Of a stretch of DNA of 64,000 bases, positions 57,074 through 64,000 are shown one piece after another; the stretch's first letter is position 1, and every line of letters begins with the position of its first letter. The notes beneath the pieces were generated by a model, which saw only the letters and a list, made by a program, of their open reading frames with translations, searched no databases and was not told the origin of the DNA. The position numbers and the translations under genes are program-made. Origin of the DNA: Clostridiales bacterium (GTDB lineage: Bacteria > Bacillota > Clostridia > Lachnospirales > Lachnospiraceae); assembly GCA_018372435.1 (NCBI GenBank), contig JAHAJA010000003.1, forward strand, positions 130,585-194,584. Reading direction: 5' to 3'.

Positions 57074-60000
57074 TTGAAAAGAATAAAAGTGGGTACAATA
57101 ATAATTTTAATTATTATAAATATATTCTCAATAATAGATAATAATAGAAGAGTAAAAGCTGAAGAAAATCCCTATTCAGTTAAAGGTGTAATTTATTATG
57201 AAACAACAGATAAAGCTGCTTGCACTGATACTACATGGAGATTGGTTGGGTTTATAATTCGACTAGATAAGTGTAACTACAATTCTCTTAGAGGTGGTTC
57301 TGAAAAATATGTAAAGGTATTGTTTGATAATAAAAATGTTACACAAGATATAATATCACTAGGAAATGGTTATAATTTTACTAAATATACTATATCAGAG
57401 AGATATTTTCTTGAATTAGTCGAAAATAATACAGTATTACACCAGCAATTTATGAAATCAATGAATTGGGATAAGAATAAAGACGGTACTTTTGAAGGAG
57501 GGACAATTTACATAAATGGTATATTTCAGGTGTATTATAACGGAGTACCTAAAAAGGGACCTTATTACACTCTATCAGATATTAGGAGAGCAGAGGGTTG
57601 GGGAGCAGAAACAATGAATGATTTTGCCAAATATTTTGATCAGCCAGTAAATTATTCTCCGACTGATTTATGGCAGCCAGAAGTCCCAGTAACAGTAGAA
57701 TATCATACCAGTGATCATGAACTGATGTATACTGATAATTTAGGTAAAGTAGAATTAGATAAATCCGCATCCTATACATTCCCCGAAGAATACAAATTTA
57801 AGGGCAAAAATTACAAATTGTACAGAAGCTACTATATCAACATGTCTAAGCCAACTAAGATGTTAGGCAAGTTAAAAGTTAATGTAGATGGGGCAACATT
57901 ATCCTCCGTTAAGAAAAGAAAAGAGATCGCCGCGGATCTCAAAGGGTTAAAATTCATAGCCATGTACAAAGAAGATGATCCAATGCCATCAGGCGAAGAA
58001 ATAGAACCAGATGCTATGTATTCACCACTTGAAGAACCCAACCCAGAAGCAGTTATTAAGGCGGATCAAAGAGGAAATGAACAATTTGATGTAGAATTAG
58101 GAATACCGACTACGGAGAATGTGTACACCAATGTGGTTTCGGAGAACTATTTGTTTTCTTATCAGTTTACAAAAGAAGTAATGAAAGTCCCGTATAGTGT
58201 GTCTGCAAGTAAAACTTATAATTTATCTTGGACAAGTTATGAAAAAGTGGGAACAAATAAGGAAACGAAAGAAGATATCTATGATGATGTAGAGAAAACG
58301 GAAGAGTATGTTGTGCAGGCAGAAATAGTTGTAGAAAGAGTAGTCGCCTATTGGCGTATCAATCAATTAAATGTTTATGTACTAGATAACGCAGTAATTG
58401 GTAATGGTGCATTACCAAATCAATTAGTTAATTTGACTGCTAATAATACCAAAATACCAGTGATAGAATGTAATAGAAGTGTAGACATTAAGGAACATGT
58501 GTTAGACCCAGAAGGATACGAAGAAACTATGAGTTTCCCAGCGGAAAATATAGTGGGAGGTTTTATAAAACCAACAGTATCGAGTACCGATTTGGAAGAA
58601 TGTGTAGAAGAAAAAATCGGTATACCGAAAGTGAAGAATGATAAACTCATATTTGATAACGTAATTGTTATGAATGATACTGAAACACTAAAAGAAGGAC
58701 CTAGGCCTAAGGAGCTCAAAGAATCAGCAATATGTGATAATAATGTACTATACAAATCGAATATAGAGATTCCAAGAGAGAGAGCTAATAAAGAATATGA
58801 TTCTACAGGGGTAGTGATATATAAACAAATCTATCCTGAAAGGAATGGATCTTCTGGCGATGGGTTAGGGAATGTAGGAATAATAGGTTCAGGAAAGATC
58901 ACATTTGAAATACCAGAGGTTAACTCCATTGTAGTACATACACCTACAGTATGTAATGCAAAGATAACCGATTTAAAAGCTTATAATCAGATGGTAACAC
59001 CAGCTGTGAATCGTGCATCACTTATTTTAGACAAATCTTTTACCGTCAGTTTACCTACAACAGGTGAGCATAATGAATATCCCGGATATGGATACAGAGA
59101 TTATGCAAAGTATATAGCAACGAGACAAGTTATGTTTCCGTTTGATGTATACCGAGGGACAAATTATATAAGAGCAGGAACTTGGACTGATATGGTAAAT
59201 GAGGAGGAGACCTTTTACTTACCAACATGGGTAACAGAAGGTAATTACGAAGTAGAATGTAAGACTACGGCCATTAACTGTGCTGCAAACAATGGTGATG
59301 ACTTAAATGAGTACGTAGCAAATTTTAATATTGATAATTATTCAGCAATTGATAGTATCTTTGTCCAAGTCACAGGACGTCTCTACAATCTTCAAATCTA
59401 TGATATAACTGATTACCCTCTCTGGGAATCAGTATTCCGAAAAGAAAATTCATTAGCATTAACAGGAACAAATTACACCGTGGGTATTGCTAATCAAAAT
59501 GGTATCCTTACTGGTAGATTAGCCAAGTATACATTTCCGTTGGTGTATGGAAGCCACCCAAATAAAGAAAAGGAAGGGGCGATGAAACTAGGTTACAGTA
59601 CTAGATTTAAACTGACTACTATAGGAGATATGTTTGAAACGAAAGACTATATTAAGATAATTCCAAGATTCTATTATGTAGACTATCACGGAAATAATAG
59701 AAAAGAGGTGGATTTATATTATACGGAGACATTTAACAGTAAGAAAAATTATTTAGTTAAAGTCGGTGGTGATAAGGATAAGACGAATAAGAAATCCTTT
59801 GTTCTCGGGAATGTTTATTGGCAAGTTCCAGAGAAGGAAATAAAAGCAACAGGATTTATAGATGATATAACAGACAATCTAATTCGTTCTAGAAAGAATG
59901 AGATATTTTCCTTTAATGATATACAACTAAGTACAACATTTCGGACTTATGTAGGAGATAGTAGTTATATTCCGTCTGGAACTATACCGAGCTCAGTTGG

Positions 60001-60394
60001 TGCCAAGAAAGTCATGCGCTCTGTACAGACTTGGTATGGAGAATACTATCTACCAAGTGATGTACATGTAGTAGTAAAAGATTTTGACCTTAAGAAGTAT
60101 GCGAAAGAACGAGGATATATTGATTTTACAGAAGATATCTGGCTTGATAAAGGATATATCATAGTAAATTATGATATTGTTACGTATCAGACGGGGAAAG
60201 CGCAAGCAAATCTAAGCTATATTAATAAAGAGAATGCGTTGCAAGGATATTGCAATATGTGGAAGCTAGAAGGTTCACAGTTAGCAAAGACAGATACCTA
60301 TGGAAATACATTCGAATTCAAATATGGTGATTATGTTATGTATGATACAGAAAAATCAGCAGCAAAGGATTATAAATCTGGTGGGACCCATTAA
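57074..60394 (+). CDS. Large secreted protein of unknown function (1106 aa)
   Basis: Signal peptide (IIILIIINIFSII). Beta-rich, with no repeats or catalytic motifs I recognise. It starts 9 nt after the upstream gene, so they probably form an operon. Confidence 0.5.
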   Translation: MKRIKVGTIIILIIINIFSIIDNNRRVKAEENPYSVKGVIYYETTDKAACTDTTWRLVGFIIRLDKCNYNSLRGGSEKYVKVLFDNKNVTQDIISLGNGYNFTKYTISERYFLELVENNTVLHQQFMKSMNWDKNKDGTFEGGTIYINGIFQVYYNGVPKKGPYYTLSDIRRAEGWGAETMNDFAKYFDQPVNYSPTDLWQPEVPVTVEYHTSDHELMYTDNLGKVELDKSASYTFPEEYKFKGKNYKLYRSYYINMSKPTKMLGKLKVNVDGATLSSVKKRKEIAADLKGLKFIAMYKEDDPMPSGEEIEPDAMYSPLEEPNPEAVIKADQRGNEQFDVELGIPTTENVYTNVVSENYLFSYQFTKEVMKVPYSVSASKTYNLSWTSYEKVGTNKETKEDIYDDVEKTEEYVVQAEIVVERVVAYWRINQLNVYVLDNAVIGNGALPNQLVNLTANNTKIPVIECNRSVDIKEHVLDPEGYEETMSFPAENIVGGFIKPTVSSTDLEECVEEKIGIPKVKNDKLIFDNVIVMNDTETLKEGPRPKELKESAICDNNVLYKSNIEIPRERANKEYDSTGVVIYKQIYPERNGSSGDGLGNVGIIGSGKITFEIPEVNSIVVHTPTVCNAKITDLKAYNQMVTPAVNRASLILDKSFTVSLPTTGEHNEYPGYGYRDYAKYIATRQVMFPFDVYRGTNYIRAGTWTDMVNEEETFYLPTWVTEGNYEVECKTTAINCAANNGDDLNEYVANFNIDNYSAIDSIFVQVTGRLYNLQIYDITDYPLWESVFRKENSLALTGTNYTVGIANQNGILTGRLAKYTFPLVYGSHPNKEKEGAMKLGYSTRFKLTTIGDMFETKDYIKIIPRFYYVDYHGNNRKEVDLYYTETFNSKKNYLVKVGGDKDKTNKKSFVLGNVYWQVPEKEIKATGFIDDITDNLIRSRKNEIFSFNDIQLSTTFRTYVGDSSYIPSGTIPSSVGAKKVMRSVQTWYGEYYLPSDVHVVVKDFDLKKYAKERGYIDFTEDIWLDKGYIIVNYDIVTYQTGKAQANLSYINKENALQGYCNMWKLEGSQLAKTDTYGNTFEFKYGDYVMYDTEKSAAKDYKSGGTH

Positions 60395-60402
60395 GGGCCC
60401 AC

Positions 60403-61413
60403 CTATTCTTTTCTATGTCTATATTCAAGAGGTGAGCATTGATATGTCTTGCGGAACATCTTGATAAAATTGCTGGTGTAAGGATACCCAACCTTCTCAG
60501 CAATTTCTCCTATACTTAAATCCGTGGTACTTAATAGATTTACAGCCATAGACATACGAAGGGAAGTGATATACTTTCCGATTGGCATGTGATAGTAATA
60601 AGAAAATCCTGCTTTTAGTTTCTGTGGGTTTAGTAATACTTGCTCGCTTAGGGAGTCGATCGTTGGTGGGGACTGAAGATTATTAGTCAAGATCTCATGA
60701 GCTTTTTGAATGGAACGAATATCGCTGGCGCTTAGGTGAAGGTATTTGTTTGTACCGATTTTGACTTTGCCATAGTGGAGCTGTCTAGTGAATGTATTAT
60801 CGGGGGAAGTCTCAACAGTTTGGATAATAATTGCGAAACATTCTAAGATGCAACTTTCCAGATAGAGAGGAGTTAATGCATCCTGATTGGAAAGAACTTG
60901 CATCTTTTCAATTATTGTATTGATTCCTAATGGAAGGTAGGGATATGTTACATTCTCGTTGAATTTATTAAAATCAAAGTTGAGATTGAAGTTATCTCTT
61001 AGATATCTAGTTACATAAGATTCCTGTATTGTTATTTCAGCACCGTGATAATGTTCGCCTCTTATCCAAGCCTGTTGACCTTTAATACCTCTCTCAATTA
61101 CAAAGAAAGAGGAAGGTTTGAAGGAGGATACCGGTTGATTCTCCAATTTAAAATTGGTGGAACCTTTATAGACAGTACCAAATCGTATCAGTCGTTCAGG
61201 GTTGTCGAATGCAAGTTTGAACGGATGTGGAATAGTAAAGTCAGCAATTCCAAAACTGTAGTAATTAGGACGTTCATAAGATAATAGATGCCCATGTTCA
61301 GGTCTAGCGGGATTTTGATATAAGGTATAGTTCTTTTGCTTAATAGGAACAAATTGTAGTTCAGCAAATACAGCTTCTCTGAATTCTTTAGATGACGTAA
61401 CGATTGTTTGCAT
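60403..61413 (-). CDS. AraC-family transcriptional regulator with N-terminal ligand-binding domain
   Basis: C-terminal AraC HTH (IGEIAEKVGYPYTSNFIKMFRKTYQCSPLEYRHRK). It is divergent from an iron-siderophore ABC operon. Confidence 0.8.
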   Translation of the reverse strand: MQTIVTSSKEFREAVFAELQFVPIKQKNYTLYQNPARPEHGHLLSYERPNYYSFGIADFTIPHPFKLAFDNPERLIRFGTVYKGSTNFKLENQPVSSFKPSSFFVIERGIKGQQAWIRGEHYHGAEITIQESYVTRYLRDNFNLNFDFNKFNENVTYPYLPLGINTIIEKMQVLSNQDALTPLYLESCILECFAIIIQTVETSPDNTFTRQLHYGKVKIGTNKYLHLSASDIRSIQKAHEILTNNLQSPPTIDSLSEQVLLNPQKLKAGFSYYYHMPIGKYITSLRMSMAVNLLSTTDLSIGEIAEKVGYPYTSNFIKMFRKTYQCSPLEYRHRKE

Positions 61414-61494
61414 AAATATATATTCTCCGTTTAAAATAGTATATAGAAAGTTGCTCTTGAGTAGAATCAAGTTCAAGAAGTAGTACTGATAATA

Positions 61495-61524
61495 TACTAA
61501 TACTTATAAGTATAAGTATTAGTA
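61495..61524. promoter_or_regulatory. 30-bp perfect palindrome (candidate operator) in the AraC / iron-ABC divergent promoter region
   Basis: TACTAATACTTATA-AG-TATAAGTATTAGTA, with 14-bp arms that are exactly reverse-complementary. A GATAAT motif sits directly upstream. Confidence 0.6.
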
Positions 61525-61762
61525 ATTGTAAGGTAATTATCCCAAACTGTAAACAGAAATAATTATATTAGGTTACAAAATAATTATTATAGGTGAAAAT
61601 ATTGTGTAGCGATTTGTTTTCATATATAATTCAAAAACAAGTTAGTTAAGAATAACCAAGGTGAGAAAAAGGAAACACTGGTTATTGTATCAAAACTCCA
61701 TGGATAATGGAAGATGAACAGTACACTAGAAGTTACGAATAAAAACAAAAGGAGAATAAGTT

Positions 61763-62776
61763 ATGAAGAAGTACATGATGGTAGTTTTGAGTATCGCTGT
61801 CGTAATGTTTGGACTAGTTGGTTGCTCAAGTAATAATGCAAACAATGAATCTGGTAAATCAGAAGATACGAATAATGCAGGTACTAATGCAGGAGGCAGT
61901 GAAGAAGGGACAGCAGATGTTTCAAAAGAAACAAGAACAGTTACCGACGTAAAAGGTACTGTAGAGATTCCTGTTAACCCACAAAAAATTGTTGACATTA
62001 GTGGAGCAAGTGATATCTTATCACTTTTAGGATATGATGTAATTGGAACGGCAAACAGTGATGCATATGATTATACGAAGTTCCCAACCTACCTTGAAGA
62101 TGTTTTAGGAGATTCGAAAATCCTAGGCTATAGTATGTTAGCTGAGATGGACGTGGAATCAATTATTGCCTTAGAACCAGACTTAATTGTAATCTCAACT
62201 GTACAAGAAAAGATGTATGACCAATTATCAAAAGTAGCACCTGTTGTTATGATTGAATTGAAACAAATGGATTGGAAAGAAGATTTCATGAACGTTGCTA
62301 CTATATTTGGTGAAGAGGACAAAGCAACAGCATGGATTGAAGATTACTTAGCAAAAGCAGAAGAAGTTGGAAAGAGATTGAAAGAAACTTACGGAGAAGA
62401 AACATCATACTTATCATTCTTAGCAAGTGGTGGTAGTTTATTTATCTTTGACTCAGCTGGGCTTGGAACAATCTTCTATGATGATATGGGATTAGCGAAG
62501 CCAGAAGGTATGCCAGAACAAGAGAATGTTAGTTTACCAGTAGTAACCTATGAAGGTTTAGCAGAAATTAATTCTGATTATATCTTTGCAATTGCAACAG
62601 ATGAAGATTTAGCTACATTAAAAGAAAGCAGTATCTGGAATGGAACAGAAGCTGTGAAAGAAGGAAATGTGATTGAACTTCCTGCAAGTCCTTATTTTAA
62701 TCAGGGTTATAGCCCAATTGGAAGATTAGCATTCATTGAAGAAGTAGAAGCATTATTAGCAAGTACGAATGAATAA
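61763..62776 (+). CDS. Iron-siderophore ABC transporter substrate-binding lipoprotein (FecB/FhuD-type)
   Basis: Lipobox LVGCSS and the PBP type-8 fold (PQKIVDISGASDILSLLGYDVIGT...EPDLIVIS). Confidence 0.8.
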   Translation: MKKYMMVVLSIAVVMFGLVGCSSNNANNESGKSEDTNNAGTNAGGSEEGTADVSKETRTVTDVKGTVEIPVNPQKIVDISGASDILSLLGYDVIGTANSDAYDYTKFPTYLEDVLGDSKILGYSMLAEMDVESIIALEPDLIVISTVQEKMYDQLSKVAPVVMIELKQMDWKEDFMNVATIFGEEDKATAWIEDYLAKAEEVGKRLKETYGEETSYLSFLASGGSLFIFDSAGLGTIFYDDMGLAKPEGMPEQENVSLPVVTYEGLAEINSDYIFAIATDEDLATLKESSIWNGTEAVKEGNVIELPASPYFNQGYSPIGRLAFIEEVEALLASTNE

Positions 62777-63752
62777 GAAAACAGTAGCATTTATTAGTAC
62801 ATGCAGTATAATCGCAATAACCGGGCTAGTTGTTGCGATAAGTGCAGGAGCAAAGAGCATTCCTTTACAAACCGTTTGGAATAGTATTTTTCACTATGAA
62901 GATATATTAGATATGCAGTTAGTCCGAGATGTAAGAATACCAAGAGTTATCTGTACCGCCTTAGTAGGCGGTATTCTTGGCGTTACAGGGGCGATGATGC
63001 AAGGCGTCACTAGAAATCCTATAGCAGAGCCATCCTTGATGGGAATCACACAAGGTGCAACATTGGCAATCGCTATAGCAGGAGCAAGCCAGAGTATCTA
63101 TGGATTATTAGGCAATACGGTGGCAGCGTTTATAGGGGCATTGTTTAGTGGATTGTTGGTATTAGCATTCAGTATGAAGAACGCTAGGAACATGAATCTA
63201 TCAAGATTATTGCTAGCAGGAACGGCTCTTAGTACATTCTTCATATCAATGGCTACCATTATAGCATTATTAACCAACAAGTCACAGAGTTTAGCGTTTT
63301 GGGTTTCGGGTGGATTCCGAGCAGTTACTTGGAATAGTGTCAAGTTAGTTCTTGTCGTTGGAGGAATCGCGACGGTTATAGCATTATTCATGGCGCCAAA
63401 GATTAATGTGGTAAATCTTGGTGAAGATGTATGTATTGGATTAGGAGAAAATCCTGCTAAGATTCGTATGTTTACCTTGTTGTTATTAATTCCTATGTGT
63501 GCAGTTTGCGTTGCAGTTGCAGGTAATATAGCATTTATCGGATTAATCGTTCCCCATATTGCTCGTAAGCTTCTTGGACAAGATTATCGAATGATTATGC
63601 CAGTTTCGTTCTTGTTTGGTGCAACACTTGTTATCTGGGCAGATGTACTTGCTAGATTAGTAAACCAACCATATGAGACGCCAATTGGATTATTCACCTC
63701 CCTTGTTGGTGTGCCATTATTTATTTGGATGATTCGAAAGGAGAATATGTGA
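62769..63752 (+). CDS. FecCD-family iron-siderophore ABC transporter permease
   Basis: Polytopic FecCD-family protein (RIPRVICTALVGGILGVTGAMMQGVTRNPIAEPSLMGI). Confidence 0.85.
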   Translation: MNKKTVAFISTCSIIAITGLVVAISAGAKSIPLQTVWNSIFHYEDILDMQLVRDVRIPRVICTALVGGILGVTGAMMQGVTRNPIAEPSLMGITQGATLAIAIAGASQSIYGLLGNTVAAFIGALFSGLLVLAFSMKNARNMNLSRLLLAGTALSTFFISMATIIALLTNKSQSLAFWVSGGFRAVTWNSVKLVLVVGGIATVIALFMAPKINVVNLGEDVCIGLGENPAKIRMFTLLLLIPMCAVCVAVAGNIAFIGLIVPHIARKLLGQDYRMIMPVSFLFGATLVIWADVLARLVNQPYETPIGLFTSLVGVPLFIWMIRKENM

Positions 63753-64000
63753 TGAAGAAACGAGTTTTTATTACTTCTATAGTAGTAAGCATTCTTTTTG
63801 TATTTACCTTTCTATTAGCAGCCTCCTGGGGAAGTTATTCCATTTCGTTTGGTGATGTAATCAAGACTTTTTTTGGACGAGGGTCACTTCTTCAGACCAC
63901 AACCATATGGGATATTCGCTTACCAAGAATTTGTGTTGCCATAGTTGTGGGAGTTTGTCTATCAACAGCCGGGTGTGTTTTACAAAGTGTCACTAGGAAT
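63752..64000 (+). CDS. FecCD-family permease, second subunit (3' end beyond the window)
   Basis: MKKRVFITSIVVSILFVFTFLLAAS...RLPRICVAIVVGVCLSTAGCVLQSVTRN. ATGA overlap with the upstream gene. Confidence 0.75.
   Translation, partial: MKKRVFITSIVVSILFVFTFLLAASWGSYSISFGDVIKTFFGRGSLLQTTTIWDIRLPRICVAIVVGVCLSTAGCVLQSVTRN

Noticed and set aside
1-64000. CRISPR arrays, rRNA and tRNA genes, and intact IS elements, transposases or integrases
   Set aside because: I scanned for short regularly spaced direct repeats, for GGTTCGAATCC-type T-arms, and for DDE, tyrosine or serine recombinase ORFs. None were found. The only large repeats are the A/B bipartite repeat, the inverted-repeat element and short in-frame coding repeats.

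Overview
This is a low-GC Firmicutes (Clostridia/Lachnospiraceae-like) chromosomal window with about 50 genes, mostly housekeeping or accessory metabolism. Identifiable loci, in order:
- a PqqD-like peptide chaperone cut by the window start
- a LysR regulator divergent from a modABC molybdate/tungstate ABC transporter
- a DUF2798 membrane protein and an Fe-alcohol dehydrogenase
- a DUF4491 gene followed by trkA and trkH
- a MATE efflux pump
- a complete nucleoside uptake and catabolism operon: LacI-family regulator, ribokinase, BMP-family binding protein, a double-ATPase, two permeases and an IUNH nucleoside hydrolase, followed by an unusual ADP-ribosylglycohydrolase-family protein with a 350-aa C-terminal extension
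- a frameshifted alpha/beta-hydrolase pseudogene
- queG
- an SGNH hydrolase plus a DUF4358 lipoprotein
- two small Cys-rich ORFs upstream of rtcB
- an Amidase_3 lipoprotein
- a zinc-ribbon membrane protein with tandem carboxypeptidase-regulatory-like domains that appears split by a frameshift
- proC and a GNAT acetyltransferase
- an XRE regulator followed by a SWIM-SNF2 helicase and a NUDIX-DUF429 fusion protein
- a methyl-accepting chemotaxis protein, a MarR regulator, a small membrane protein and an EFR1-type ferredoxin
- a NERD-domain nuclease gene plus a truncated Phd/YefM antitoxin
- a GAF-domain (fRMsr-like) protein, a metallophosphoesterase and a vWA-domain protein
- an AzgA-like purine permease and a YibE/F pair
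- two large secreted proteins of unknown function preceded by a ~1-kb ORF-free leader
- an AraC regulator divergent from an iron-siderophore ABC transporter.
The non-genic signals I rate highest are:
- a bipartite ~150-bp direct repeat that is contiguous at 39.6 kb but, at 43.9-45.4 kb, is split by a 1.33-kb insert carrying the NERD gene and the antitoxin remnant, which looks like a cassette-style recombination scar
- a ~230-bp element with ~65-bp imperfect inverted-repeat arms around a GC-rich core (MITE-like or structured RNA)
- a GC-rich multi-hairpin element plus a perfect terminator after the chemotaxis gene
- a duplicated 5'-leader and start-stop mini-ORF in the 975-bp region upstream of the secreted-protein operon.
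I found no rRNA, tRNA or CRISPR array.
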